DNA of 64,000 nt from Felis catus (GCF_018350175.1 NC_058368.1:78556001-78620000); one strand, 5' to 3'. Numbered from the stretch's first letter, positions 13,250 to 27,047 are shown. The notes: generated by a model not told the origin, from the letters alone. Translations and numbers: made by a program.

Positions 13250-13900
13250 CCTCTGTTACATTTGGACCACTGCTGCCCCACGTCAGAGCTTCCTTCCAGA
13301 ATGCCAAGGACATGGCTGACAGTTTTCTGTGAGATCCCTGAATTTTTCATCCTCCCTTCGTCCTCCGTCCTGCATGTCACTACCCAGTTCACCTCCATAA
13401 TGCCTGTGTGGTCACTGCTCTGCAGGTCCCAGGACTTCAGTATCTTCTGACCTTCTGACCGCCCACCAATCCTAATCAAGCTCTCTACCCCAAATCTCCT
13501 CATAGCCTGTGTTTTCAACCTACGCTTCTCATGTCAACATTCGGTACAGTTAAAGAATCTCATCTTGAGGATGGACTTCAGAAGTCACCCGGTTGATGTC
13601 TCTACCAAATGCATGAATCCATCAGCCACATCTCAGCTAAGTGGTCATGTCTTATGTCTGCCCCAGGGTCCAGGAGCTTTCCCTGTCACACACATGACCT
13701 GTGGTCGCGACCATTTCAAGCTCGCCAGCGTGCTTTCTCACTTGTGCATCTTTGTCTGTGCTGCTATTATGTCATCTTCTTCTGAGACGTCTTCACCCTC
13801 GCCCACATCCTCCCCGCCCCCCCCCCCCCATCATTCAAGACCTGGCTTGCGTGCTACCACCTGTGCTATGGAAACTGTGGCTCTCAGATGAGAACACGTG
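13250..13900. mobile_element. Decayed L2 LINE fragments
   Basis: Pyrimidine-rich L2-like motifs (ccccaaatctcc, gatgtctctacc, aatgaatgaagg-type end). Confidence 0.4.
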
Positions 13901-14164
13901 AATGAAGGATTGTGCTGTGCTGACAGGGACAGGGACAAATATGAGTGAAATGATGAAATCCAGATTGAGGTGGTAGCAGAATATAAGAGAGAAAAAGATG
14001 TAAGTGGAACGTGGATGTAAAGGCTTCTGTCGAAGGGTGTGAGGAAGATGGGTATTTCATGTGAAATTAATTTTTGCAAATATGAAGATGACTTTAAAAT
14101 CTGCTTGCCTAGTGGATATTATTTCTGATTTCAAGTTAAAATGATTGCTCTGTGTTTATATATA

Positions 14165-14394
14165 TATTTTAAATTTTTTAATGTTTAGTTTTGAGAGAGA
14201 GAGAGAGAGAGAGAGAGCGCACGCGCATGAGTGGGGGAGGGGCAGAGAGACAGAGGGAGACACAGAATCCGAAGCAGGCTCCAGGTTCTGAGCTGTCAGC
14301 ACAGAGCCCGACGCGGGGCTCGAACTCACAAACCGCGAGATCATGACCTGAGCCACAGTTGGACGCTCAACCGACTGAGCCACCCAGGCACCCC
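14165..14394 (-). mobile_element. Can-SINE
   Basis: Reverse-complement SINE with (GA)n and ...ccgactgagccacccaggcacccc end. Confidence 0.93.
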
Positions 14395-15110
14395 TATGTT
14401 TTTAAAACTTAAGAAAAAAACCCCAAACTACTGTGATATGGCTAGTCCATGTCCAGAGTGTGAGGACTGAGGGTCTACACATAACAGGCACAGAGATCCC
14501 CCTCCGGGTCCCAGTGGGAGCAAGAGTCAAAATCACCCTAGTGCGCCGTTAGACAAGATGTGACCGAGTGCAGACGGTGCATGGGGGCCTCCCTCCCTTC
14601 GTCTGTTTCTCTCGTCGGTATGTTTTACAGTGGAGCTTTACTGCCTCAAAAATAACCTTACTTAATACACGTATTCGGAAGCAAAAGCATAGCTAGATTA
14701 TTTCGAGCTGCCACTTTTGAAATGGTCGTCTGGTGTTAGCCACTTGGAATCTACAATGGAAATAATCAAATTAATGAAATAACGGATACTGTTTACCAAA
14801 TCTTGTGAAAGGTATGGTCTGTTCACAGTCTTGGACCATGGCGTGACAGTGCCTCGTTTTGCAATTTCATTTGTATGTGCGTTTGGATGGCCCTGTTTTG
14901 CAGTAGCCTTTTATGGTTTGTACTTCCCATGTGAAGAGGCAGGGTCCATATGAGAAGTGAGTTCTGAGCCCCCAGCCTCTGATACTGGCCATCAGGTGGC
15001 TGCTGTGTAATGTCTACGCATTTCCTGATCCAACTGGTATGTTCTAATTCTTTAGAAGCATCAATCTAGACATGGAAATGGTGGATTCATTAGCATATAG
15101 ATGTCTAGAT

Positions 15111-15323
15111 CAGGGTTTCCCAGCCTCGGCACTAGTAACCTTTTGGACCAGGTCATTCTTTGTTTTGGACGCTGTCTTGTGCATGGGGGATGTTTAGCAG
15201 CATCCTTGGCCTCTACCCTATATGCTAGAAGCAGCGCCCCCTCATGGTTTTGACAACTAAAAACATCTCCAGACATTGCCAGAGTGTGTAGGGAGCAGAA
15301 TCACCTCCAGGTGAAAACCAGTG
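15111..15323. mobile_element. MER20 hAT/Charlie-type DNA transposon, full length, 8-bp TSD (G/A)TCTAGAT
   Basis: CAGGGTTTCCCAGCCTCGGCACT...GTTTAGCAGCATCCTTGGCCTCTACCC...TCTCCAGACATTGCCA...GTGAAAACCAGTG; flanks gtctagat (15103-15110) and atctagat (15324-15331). Confidence 0.88.
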
Positions 15324-16597
15324 ATCTAGATATCAGCCCCAGTGCCATAATCGTATTTTTCATCACATCGAGGGGCCGTATATTTACCGGAGAACAACTA
15401 CTCTGTGAGTCACTGCGTCAGCCAGGTAGGCTTATTATCTTATTAATGGGGCTTTAGCGAAAATCCTGAAAGGAGAACCTGTACATTTATGATTCCTTCA
15501 ATCAGTGGATTGCACGTAACTGAAATGATATGAAATTAATTGCATTTTACTCATTTTATGCTCTGTCATATGTATTGCTTGAGCAAATACTGCCAATTTT
15601 TTTTCTTCTTTTAAGTCTGGCAATAGATGCTGTTCTCCATCTTTCTACGTTTGGTTTGCTTATTTGGGGGGAGCACGGGGGGGGGTAAGGGAGCAGGAAT
15701 GATACCAGCTGGTGAATGCGGAATTAATTACAGATTGTTTCCCTCAAAAAAGGCACACGTGGGTCACCAACCTCTAATGATTTTGGCAGCTGTTTGGCTC
15801 TGTTAAGATTACCAGTAACTGGACAGACACTTTATTCTTTTTCTTGGAAGCATATGTTGCAATTTTGGGGGGATTTGGACACTAGGAGCTTGGTTACAGA
15901 TGCCACATCTGATGAGAATTTAAGACGGCACCAGCCATTGCCTCAGGCATTCGTTCCACAGTTTATTCAATCACTAACTTTCTGGTAATACTTGCTTTTC
16001 CGTTAAATACAAATGTGCAAATAAATACATTTCCAAAAAATACAGTCTCAGAATTAAAGCATATAGGTCTTAAAAGTAGAAAACTCTCAGATATGTGAAG
16101 AATGGTTTTTCTGCTTATATTGGATTGGAAAAACAGTGATCTCAGCCTCATTTAAGTGATTCTTAAATTCTTGAAATGTGTGTGTTCTGTTCATGGCAAC
16201 AATTCTGGGGGAGACACATCCCGCTCCCAAACCCCGATAAGTTAATGTTTTAATTGCATTGGAACAGAGTCTTTAGAAGAACTTCAGGGCCACTACTGAC
16301 CTAATATTACTGCATTAATAAATCTTATAAGTGACATACATTAATTTATATAAATCAATTTAAGCTATATGGTTGGAAGGAAGGCTCTTAGTCTCACAAA
16401 TAGAGTCTACACACTGTCTCGAATATCTTGCTTTGCATTTATTCCTCAACCCCTAAATGTGACTTTAGGTCACAGTGTTTCTTTAACTGGTCTGTTGGAA
16501 CCTCCCATGAATTTTCTATCTCCTTTCTGCCTTTCTTTCCTAGACACCAGATGCTGTCACTGTTAATATTTCTGTCTGTCACTTCCTTTTGTGAAGA

Positions 16598-16692
16598 AGC
16601 ACTACAATGTCAGGGTTAAAAGCACAAACTTACTGTCCAGCTGCTGAGGTTCGAATCTTTGTTCTGCAACCGTCTGACTTGGAAAAAGCCAC
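16598..16692 (+). mobile_element. MIR fragment
   Basis: gggttaaaagcac...gaggttcgaatctttgttctgc...gacttggaaaaag. Confidence 0.55.
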
Positions 16693-18357
16693 TGTGAGGT
16701 GCTATCTTGTTATCTCCCTGTCAATTAAGGTCAAGTTATTAAATTTGGATGAAGTTGCAAAATACTGGGATCACAGATGGTGAGCTAATTGTCATGAGGT
16801 TGGTGGATCAAATCAACCTTCTATGACAAAATGGCTTGTACTGCTAGGTGAGCAAGCACAGTTTTCAAAGACAAACTTCCGACAAATGTAGCTTCTTAAA
16901 ACAAGCAGTCCTAAATATGGTCCTTGGAACATTTAAATTATTTAAACTTCTTTTGGTATTTGTAGAAAAATTTTTTTTTAGTTTACAAAGAAACTGAATT
17001 TCCATACAAATTAAAGTTTACAGTAAGTGACAGATCACGTGTAGAGCCAACCTGAGTTTGATGGTCGCTGGTAAGTGAATTTGGACATACATTTTTTATT
17101 TATGAAGAAGATACAATAGATAAATGCACGCTTCAATTCATCAAATTACTTACATTAATAGTCTCTCAATTCTTTTCACGCTTCCTTATTAGACTGTTAA
17201 TTAAAGCTTATAGCCTCTGGCTTCAGTGATAGTTTTGAGTCAAGACTGAAGCAAAGAGTGTTTCCATACACACTCATTGAAGAAATCATTTAGCACAGAT
17301 GCCTGTAGGTGCTCAAAACTGCGTGGCGATTTGAGCTTATCGTATATGAGTTTTTCTGCGTAGAAGGGACTTCAAGCTTCTCAGCAAACAGTATATGCCA
17401 ATAAGAGGATTCTCTGAATGTGAAAGGGTAGGTTCCCAACTCACTTATTTCTTTTTTAAGGATCATGAATATGGGAATCTTAATTCAGTAATAATCCTGT
17501 TGTGTGTTGCCTGCTTTTTTCTTGTAAGTTCTTTTTAAATTAGCCTTTCTCACATCTCTGTGTTAACAGGTATGCTAATGAGGGAATTCTTTGAAACCCA
17601 GGGTGTTACAATACACCCTTACAAGAATTCTCCTACGATATTCCTAACGGCAGTGCCCTACAATCATTATGAATGGACTTCCAAAATATGCTCTGTGTTT
17701 TAGGATTCCCTCATGTTTCCTGTGTCTGGGGAGTAAACGCGTCTCCACGGTGTCAGTTCACTGCCTGGAACCTGATCCCATTAAGTTGAACACATGGGGT
17801 GTTGGTAACCGTAGGATACCCGAGCATCAGCTGAGACACGAGGAAGTAAGATTACAGTAAACAAGACGAGTGGAAAAAAAGTGACGAGCGTGTACAGACG
17901 TGGAGCTTTAAGCATTTACGGGGAACTGCTTCATGGAGCCAGATTAGCATCGGTATTTACCACATCGGACAGCTTTTTGTTTATGTGTTATTTTATTTTA
18001 AGTGAAAGCACTGTGAATGAGATGAAGGGCAAAATCCCATAAAGGGACAGGCCCTACAACAAATAGTTAACCTCTTGGCCAGATGGCACAACTTGAGGCT
18101 ATTTATCAAGATCTGAGGGTAGAATTTGGGACAAGAAACATGAGGTCCAATGCCAAGAATAAGACAGGAAACTAACAGTGAGGAGACATGGCTTTATCCC
18201 GCTTGAATAAATACAGCAGTGTTTAAAGTGCAGCTTCTTGTATTAACTAGGAAATCAACCTAGTTCCTTAAATTGTATTCCACGGTCAGGAGGAGTTGGG
18301 ACTGGGGATGGGAATTGAGCAAAAGTGAACATACGTTTTGGCGACAGTGTGGAGTCT

Positions 18358-18615
18358 TTTTTTTTTTTTTTCATTTTATTTCCTCTTCTTTTTTTCTTTT
18401 CTTCCCTGTCTCTCTCTGTATTCTTCCTTCCTCTCTCCTTCCCTTCTTTCCTTCCTTCCTTTTCCTTCCTTCCTTTTCTTTCCTTTCCCTCCTCCCCCTC
18501 CCCCTCTCTCTCCCTCCCTCCCTCCCTCCCACCCTTCCTCTTTCTCTCTGTTGCCTGCCTGTCTTCCTTCCTTCCTTCCTTCCTTCCTTCCTTCCTTCCT
18601 TCCTTCCTTCTTCTC
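18358..18615. repeat. Polypyrimidine low-complexity tract with (CCTT)n
   Basis: Directly visible. Confidence 0.95.
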
Positions 18616-18864
18616 TACAGTTTCTTCTAAAAAGATGTGGGCTGGAAATAAATGACAGTGCCTTAACCAAATGATAAGAAAGTAAGGTAAAGAGGAAAGA
18701 AGACAGGTCAAGTGTTTAAACCAGTCTAGGGTGCCAGGTCACAACAGATAGTTTAATAGCAATGTCTCAAGTCCAAGAAAACTCTGAGACCAAAGAGAAG
18801 ATCAGCGGAGTGGAAGTAGAGACTTACCCTTGAGACGCTGGCCGGGCCAGGTCTTCACTGGAAC

Positions 18865-19000
18865 ACAGTGGCAGAACAGATACAGCTTCTGTCTAGGAAA
18901 CAGGCTTTGAGTCCAGGGGTGTGCTAACCAGCTGTGGGAGGATGCACTTAACTAGTCTCAGTCTGTGTTTCCTTAACTTAAAACCCAAGGGATTGGATTT
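18865..19000 (+). mobile_element. MIR fragment
   Basis: acagtggcagaac...ctaaccagctgtggga...cttaac..tctcagtctgtgtttcctt. Confidence 0.5.
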
Positions 19001-20719
19001 GCTTCACAGAACTCGTTGTTTCTTTGTCCCCAAGGAAGCCGCCATATTTAAAAAAAAATCTCTTTATGTTTGTCTTTTTACCTTTACAAATCTTTCAAAA
19101 CATAAACACTCAAATCCTTCAATTCGTCATAACTTAAATACAGTTTCCCCCAGAAAGCCTTCCTTACTAATTTGCCCCAATTTGCAATGATCTCCTCACT
19201 TCCAAACCCCAGGATCAGCCACCAATGATGCCTATAGTTTAACTGTCAAGTAACTAACTATGTGTTGCAGTGTATTGATTTCACTGTTACCTATATCTCC
19301 TTGTGTATCTTGTTCTGGTCCTTGATTTTAGGTCACGAGCACTACGGAGGTATTTAGGGCAGGGAGAGTTTCGTGCACTTTTCTTTTTTTTTTTTCACTC
19401 AGGACCTCTACCATGACCCTTGGAGAGAATACATTCTTCATTAAATACTTTTTCATGTGTTGAACTGTCAATCTGGAAATCTCACATATTTCCACCTTAA
19501 GCCCATTTTTATAACTTAATAAAGTGCCCTCTTTTGGAAGCTCACAGATATTCTACTGGGGAAGAAACAAAATCTCTGTTGTTTATTTTGGATTTGTATC
19601 TCCTCTATTAAAACCCCATCAGGGCCAGCCCCTTGCCCTACTACAGCCAGCAATGTTTCGTACACACATGGACTAAACATGTTGGGTAAAACCAAATGGA
19701 TCATCGGGGACATCAGGGACAGTTTGTATACCCCAGGAAAGTCATCTTCAAGGCGTTTTTTGTTTTTTTTTTTCTTGAACCTGATACCCACTTGTGGAGT
19801 ACATTACTAAATTAGCTGAGTAAGTTACAGTTGATCCTGAAAAAAATAATACAGCTCCATCCTGAATAATGTTTATTTAATTAATGCTGATTTGATGAGC
19901 CACCAGGGTTCTCATTTGTAACACTGTGGGAATACCAGACACCTCTTTTGATGATCCTTGATTCAACAGAACCAGTCTTAGGATGGTATTAGCTGAGCGG
20001 AGCACACGCACATTTAATCATGGGACCCTGATTTTCAAAAATAGATTTTTAGTTTCATTGTGTCATGAGCACATTAATTATATGCGATTGTTTGGTTAGT
20101 AAGTCTCCACTTTGCTGGAGTACAGGCTCTGTGGAGGCAGAGGGTGTATCTAGTCGATTGCCACCATATCCTGAGTATGAGTTAGGTGTCTCGCTTAAGG
20201 CAAAACGTTAACTTTTAGGTATATCTTCAAAGTATAATAAAAAATTATGTCACATATTTGTGATGCTGCACTTCTAAATACTAGGAAGGCTGACATTTGT
20301 TAATGACTGTTAATCATTATGCTTCCTTTCTGGAAGATTGTCTTTACCCAGTTATCATTTGGGTCTTAGCTTTTTTATTTATGTGATGCAGTTCACTCTT
20401 TTTCTGTGAGTATTTCAATGTTTTCCAGATTTCTTTTTTTTTTTTTTACTTTTGTGTATGATACCTTTTTGAAATGGACATATTTTAATTTATCTTCATA
20501 GTCATGGATCTTTTCTTTGGTGGTCTCTTTCACTGTCTTAAGTGCAGAATCATGAGTCCTACACAGTCCAGCCTTGCTGGGTGGCGGTGGGCCACTTGTG
20601 CAGACCTAGAGGTGGCCCGTTGAGGCAGTTTCAAGGAAGTAGAAAAAGCCAGCTGAGACTGAAAAGTTCTGGGTCCGGGAGGATGTGTGACAACAGAATT
20701 AGAAGGACAGTCAGAGGTT

Positions 20720-20907
20720 GGGGCGCCTGGATGGCTCAGTCACTTAAGCGCCTGACTCTTGACTTTGATTCAGATCATGATCTCACGGTTCGTGAGTTCA
20801 AGCCCCCATCAGGCTCTGTGCCGACAGTGCAGAGCCTGCTTGGGATTCTCTCTCTCCTTCTCTCTCTCTCTGCCCCTCCCCTGCTGTCTCTCTCTCTCAA
20901 AATAAAT
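20720..20907 (+). mobile_element. Can-SINE
   Basis: GGGGCGCCTGGATGGCTCAGTC head, (CT)n, AAAATAAAT tail. Confidence 0.92.
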
Positions 20908-21313
20908 GCAGCCGACTAAATGAGATTCTTGGGCACAGGCACAGAGTTGCTGGAATACCATCCTGGGCCACCTCTTCCCCTTGGGGTCTTTGCCAGGGTG
21001 GATCGCTGTGTAGATTCATGTATAGTCTGTGTCCAGAGCATTTTCTGATGAATAACAATGAGTTGGAAACAAAACAAAGGTTTCCATTTGTTTCCCATAG
21101 AAATGAATCCATATTTCCTTGAATTAAAAATTGCCCTGAATAAAAAGATGCAAGTTTTTTTTTTTTGGGGTGGTGAGTCCAATGGCCTGTATTCATCTGA
21201 ATACACATAGCACCTGGAAAACGAGTCTCTGATTTTTGGACTGGGACTTTGTACTGGACTCTTCACATGGCTTTCCTCCACCTCCTTAGTTTTGTGTGGC
21301 TATAAAAACATAT

Positions 21314-21319
21314 TTTATT
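21314..21319 (-). terminator. Candidate AATAAA polyadenylation signal of the minus-strand gene
   Basis: tttatt on +; first AATAAA I found downstream of the 22031 terminal-exon candidate, followed on the minus strand by a U-rich stretch (atatgttttt). Confidence 0.35.
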
Positions 21320-21423
21320 TATGTTTGCTCAGGTAGGCTGGGTATTCCTGAAAGTGTTAGAACTCGGACTAATTATCATAATCATTGTGTAATAATTGAA
21401 ATCTTGCCTGTTCTGACTTTAAG

Positions 21424-21503
21424 GTTTTTGTTTTGTTTTGTTTTGGTTTGTTTTTTGTTTTTTGTTTTTTTTTTTTTTGTTTGTTTTTTTTTTGTTTTTT
21501 TTG
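21424..21503. repeat. T-rich (GTTTT)n tract (A-rich on minus strand)
   Basis: Directly visible. Confidence 0.9.
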
Positions 21504-21999
21504 CATTTCTGCTCTGGCTTTACATTTCCTATATCTGTAAGTTGTGCATGTGCCTAATGATGGTAGTTACTGCTTCACCTACACTAATGGGGGATTTGGG
21601 AGAGGGCCCCCAAACAAGAATGCTATTTTAGTGGTAACCTTCCGGGTTGTAACTGGATACCATTTATCTCCCTTGGGCCACCCTTTATACATGTTGTTAA
21701 AAGCGGATGGTTTCATCTTGACCATCCTGTAGCTTCCGGGGAAAGAGTTCTGTACTGTCGATTTAATGTTCATCATCTCCAGAAGTGCAGTGCTCAGAAC
21801 ATCCCACACTCTCTAGCTGGCTCTTGGAGCTGCTGGCATCTGGTCCTCCCCTTGATTGTACACTCAGAGGTACTTAACCCTTCGTGTAGGGAACAGTCAT
21901 TTTTCCAGTTTTCCCTCAGAGAGGGTGAAGTGGGGGAAGTGGAATCCCTACTTGTCGTACTAGTGGGTGAGGACTTTTGGAAGGAGAAGCCTCTGCCCC

Positions 22000-22031
22000 T
22001 CACGGGCTCACGAACCGCAGCTGACAAGCCT
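22000..22031 (-). CDS. Candidate last coding exon of the minus-strand gene: (Q)ACQLRFVSP*, completing CxxC
   Basis: Acceptor tttttacttatacctacag|AG GCT TGT CAG; phase 1 matches the 33869 donor, giving ...KDVCRICQACQLR. An alternative phase-2 frame is open to 21794 (...ECGMF*). Confidence 0.5.
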
Positions 22032-22152
22032 CTGTAGGTATAAGTAAAAACACTTGGCAGTTCTTAACTTTTTCTTATTTCCTTGCAAAGAGGGAACAGG
22101 AAGTGTGGGGAAAGGACCCTCCAAGCATCAAGAGATCTCAGTTCTCTTCATT

Positions 22153-22530
22153 TGTGTTACTTAAGTATATACAGGCTTGGCCAAAGAAGCAAAAACATCC
22201 AAAATCGCAGTGGCCTGAATAATAGAGATATTTATTTGTCTCTCTAATGTGTTAGGATCCACAGCATGGGGCGGGCATAGTGGCCTCATCATGGACTGGG
22301 ATCCCTATCTGGCGGCTTCTCATGGTCCAACATGGGAGCTCCAGCCCTGCTGATCGTTCTTGTATTTCAGCTGTCATGGTGAAGGAAAGGGGAGGAAAAG
22401 TTCCTTTCCAGGGAACGTCTTCAAAATTGTATTTGTTGTTTTCTCTTACATTCGGTGGGTGAAATTTACTCGGTGGCTTCCCCTTGCTACAGAACCTGGC
22501 TGGGGTGTATAGTCTCTACTCTAGGGGATC
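22153..22530. mobile_element. Old MaLR LTR (MLT1-type) remnant
   Basis: ccaaaatcgcagtggcctgaataatagagatatttatttgtctctc, an MLT1-like start. Confidence 0.55.
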
Positions 22531-23184
22531 CTGGTCAAGCTGGTATTCCACACTTGTATTACTTTGCCAGTTTCAGTTTTTGAAGGCGAGAAGCACGCCT
22601 TATTCTTTTCCTACATTTCCCATTGCTCCTTGCAAAAGCCAAACAAATTCTAAGGTTTTACTTAATGATGGATTAATGGTTTGATTTGCCTTGATACCCT
22701 CTGTCCAGAAAATTTGGCATAGGAATTTTTTGGAGCTGTCAAGCTGGTCCAAGAAAACCTCACTTTTGTGGAACTCAGCCACATTTATCAGGTGTATTTA
22801 TACTTTTGTTGAGTAGAGGAGCATCGCCAGATTCGGCAGTTCACAAGGACCGATGGCATCAGAATACATAGTCCAGGTCAAGTGAGAGTAGTTACATATT
22901 CACTCCCTAGTGAACTGCTTCAGCTTTGCCTCACGTGGGTTACTCCGAGAATAGAGTCTTAACGTAACCTCTTTGGGTCCAGTGGACAACAGATTACAAC
23001 TAACTTGTTCTAGCTCAGAGATTTAGTTTTGCAGCCACATGTTGGACTTACACAGCAGGAGAAGTTTACGAATTTATGAAAGCAGAGGAGGAGAAAACTT
23101 TTGCAAATAATGTTCCAAAAGATGGCAAATAGCTCAGGCTATAAAATGCATTGAATCCTTGTGTTTCTTGAAGATGCATCCTGT

Positions 23185-23345
23185 GACTTTACAGAGTCAA
23201 GGTATAGGGTTGGAATCTCACCAGTAACCATAGCAAATTGTACAAGCCTCTCCGTGTCTTGGTTTTCTCATCCACAGATGGAGAAAAGAAATGTATTATC
23301 CAGCGCCTCATTCGTAATGAGGATCTGGGATGCAACGCAACTGAT
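23185..23345 (+). mobile_element. MIR fragment
   Basis: gggttggaatctc...cctctccgtgtcttggttttctcatccacagatgg...gtaatgaggat. Confidence 0.55.
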
Positions 23346-25650
23346 TTAACTCATTGGCAATAATTTTGGAAGAGGAATTGATGAACGGAAATCTAAAGCT
23401 TGTAATATGACCTAGGCTTTGTGACTTTCTCATTTCTTACTTTCACTTTTTCTGTTCTATTTATCAATAACTGAATGCCTTGATGACTAATGAGAAAAAC
23501 TTAAGGAAGTAAGACATATTTAAAACCTAAACCTTTCCTTTTGCTGCTAGGAAACTGAGGGGGGGGCGGTGAATGGAACAAGTCCCAAGAAAATTCAGTC
23601 CCTGGTCCGTCATCACTAATACAATGGTTGACATTCCTGAAAGTAAAGCCTGAAATTTCTGATATTAAATCTGATGTGTTTCCTCTTTCTAATTGCTCCA
23701 AATATCCTTATCTATGGGAGATTACCTGATCCATGAAGGTAGAGAGATTAATGTAGGCAGTGTCAGAGAGAGAAGGGCAACGGTAAGATCGGAAGTAATG
23801 ATACTTATTTACAGGTGGAGAGGACAGAACAACTATAAGGGAGACAAAGTGGGTGGAAGAGTGAATGTCCTTCATGAAGTGGAGACAGCAGATAAAATTT
23901 GTGGCTCATGGAGGCTTTGGAGCGCTCTGAATAGAAGAAAATGGCAGGAGCTGGAGAGAGTAAGGCGGTATCTTCCAGAGAAGCCTATCATTGTGGGTGT
24001 GAGAATTGGAGGGGTCCATATGCACATATCTGGCTCCGCCCAACCCCAGTCTAAGGTCTTAAGGGAGAGGCGCTTTCTTTTGTTTTTCTCTTTGTCTCTA
24101 GTGCTTAGCACAGTGGGTAGAACACTCCAACTCTCTTTGTGGAATAAATAAGGATGTCTCACGTGGCTGGTTTCTGTGCCATCCTGGGTACCAGTCCCAA
24201 ACTTGGATGCGTTCTCCACTGCCTGTAAGAACATTCCATCTAAATTCCACGCAGAATGGACATACGTTTTCAACTTTCATTTTCTAGTTTCTTCAACTGT
24301 AAAGGGCACGTCGCTAAGTCACATCTCATTGCTCCTGCCTGTGTCTTGCGCCACTGTGTTTTTTTTCCACCCGTGTGTTTTTCCCAGCCTAGATGCATCA
24401 CCTCCAGCTTTCTGGCTACACTCAGATTTAACAACATACCACGCTGAGTTGTCATTTATCAGAAAAATTGCCAGTGTTTCATGTTCGGTACTTGAGTTAA
24501 GAGAAATGGATCCGATCGGTGTTCGCCAAAGATTCTTTCTAAGAAAACACCCTTCTTAACATCGGTAATTTACGGGGCGCACAGGCAGATCATGTTCAAT
24601 ATCTGTTTTGCAGAAGCATAAACTGTTTTAGGAATCTGTGCCCTCGCCATGGTACACGGCAGAGCAGAACAGGCCTATGTTGGTGGGATCAGTTGAATAA
24701 CAATCTGTACGGACCCCTCCTCTTTCAGTTTTCAGTGTTTGGAGAGCTGGCATTTTATCGTTTGAGCAAATGAAGGATGAATGACCTACAACGTGTATTA
24801 AACTTCATGGTTTGTCCAGGAAACCCGAGCAAGGAACTATAAATTGATGATCTGCCTCCCTGTGGGTCAGATAACTTACGATCTGTCATGCGGTGAATGA
24901 AATGCTGTGGTTAAGGGGGAATATTACGCTGGTTATGCGCAGATGTTTCTTACATTGAAAAATGGGTTTATTAATGGCATGCTTATGAAGAAAGTTCTAA
25001 TCAGGGATTCTGTTACCGTATTTAATTAACTAGTCAGCCTTTGAAGATCCATGAGGCTCAGATCCAGAAATGAGTGATAATCAATTTTTGGCTTTGCTCT
25101 GCCCATAGCTAAGAAGGGAATGGCGGCAGACCTCAGAAAACTCAATCAAAAGACTAGATCGATATTTTATTTGGTCTTTGGTCATGAGTAATCTAATGGG
25201 AGGAAATACACACAAGTCCTCCTTGATTTCTGTTTCGTTCGACACTTGTATGATTTTCAACGGGGTGCAGAAGAGGGGTGAGGGTGGTAAAGAGTATTCG
25301 CTCATTTGGTCATTGCAAGATGACAGTTACATGCTGAGAGTACGCAACGAGTGTTTGCCACTAAACTTCACATTAACGGCTCTGTAACAGAGGATGCATG
25401 CACCATCGACAGAACCTTAAGAAAATAGACTTGAAACTTTAGGGGCAATGATCGGCTTATTGCTATAATTATGGAACTAGCTTCATCCCTTTACTGATAC
25501 AATGCATGAATTAGAGTCTACATACACTGGACTGTAATGAAGGCCACAGGTGGGAAGATATTTGCTCTCATATTAACATATGCAGAGGTATGCAGTGGTC
25601 AGCCTAATGGTGGGAATGCCAAGTGGTATGCAGTATGAATTTAATTTTCA

Positions 25651-25887
25651 TTTCTATTATTTATTTATTTTTAAAATATTTTAATTTTCTTAAATGTTTA
25701 TTTTTAAAGAGAGAGAGAGTGCGTGCGTGCTTGTGCACACGATTGGGGGAGGGGCAGAGAGACTGAGACAGAGGGTCTGAAGAGGGCTCCACCCTGACAG
25801 CCTGATGCGGGGCTCTAACTCACGAACCAGGAGATCAGGATCTTAGCCACAGTTGGATGCTTAACGACTGAGCCACCCAGGCCCCCC
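25651..25887 (-). mobile_element. Can-SINE (diverged)
   Basis: Reverse-complement SINE ending ...gactgagccacccaggcccccc. Confidence 0.88.
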
Positions 25888-26878
25888 TGCGGCCTGCATT
25901 TTAAATGCCCTGTTTTTATGGATTTTACTTTGTGGCAAAGCCAGCATTTTGTAGAACAATTAAATAGCAATGGCTCTTGTGTGAGAGGAAGATATTGGAA
26001 AATTTTTCTTTTGTCCCTTTGGAAAAAGCCTTTATTTCATCAACGATGGCACTTGAAGATGTCATCCAAAAGAAGTGAGCCTGGCATGACCAGGGAGCAC
26101 CTTGAAGGAGGCTGGTGGGCGGTGTCAGTGACAGTTCTCTCTACAAGAGATTATTTAGCTCTCGTGTGATTCTGAGCTGTTATGTTCAAGCCTCATTTTT
26201 GTTAAAGGCTAGAAAACTGGAGACTTTTTTGCTACTTAGGGAAAAGAGACCTGTATTAAATTTGGTGTTGGGGTATACCTTCCTAGTTAGGAATGCCCAA
26301 TCTTCATCCCTGCACCCATTTCCAAACTCAGAGGCAGGTCCCAAAGAGCTACTCTTAGAAATCAAAGTAGATCGGCTTAGATCAGAAGTGTAAGACTTTA
26401 TATTTTTCCAGAACTGGAACTATTCTAAGACCGTGGCCTCAAAGTCAATTAGCCAAGCAAGAGAATTGTACTTACAGAGTGACAGCAAAATTTTAATTCT
26501 CCGCATGTTAAAAATGATAAAGCTTAATTATATTACTTAGACCACACGTGACAAGTGGACACTTGAAGATTAGGAAAGTTTTAGGTGAGATAAATATTGA
26601 GATCAAGTGGATGTTCTTTACTCGACATGGCCTGAGATTGGACTTGCTAAGAAGACTCTGAAGGGCAGTTGACATGATCGAATGTGCGTCACTGAGAATT
26701 TCTCAACACCCTTGGGCGACCCATTACTATGGGCTGTTTGCCACAGTGTTATTTAAATCAGAGTTAGGGAACCAAAATAAACATGTACATATTTCTTAGA
26801 AGTGACTTTAAAGACTTCTGCTATGTATATTTATTCATTTTACATCTTTATGTATATTTGTATAAATACTAAAATGAA

Positions 26879-27047
26879 GGGGCACCTGGGTGGCTCAATG
26901 GGTTAAGCTTCTGGCTTTGGCTCAGGTCATGATCTCGCAGTTCATTGGTTCGAGCCCCGCGTCAGGCTCTGTGCTGACAGCTCCGAGCTGGAGCCTGCTT
27001 CGGATTCTGTGTCTCCCCCTCTCTCTGCCCCTCCCCCACTCACGCTT

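Noticed and set aside
17020..17076. Isolated plus-strand donors CTG|GTAAGT (17070), also 30090 and 53256
   Set aside because: No convincing paired acceptor, ORF or promoter evidence; such donor matches are expected by chance.
23693..24559. Overlapping 127-152-aa ORFs
   Set aside because: Non-ATG starts, partly over a probable L2 remnant, no recognisable domain or splice signals.
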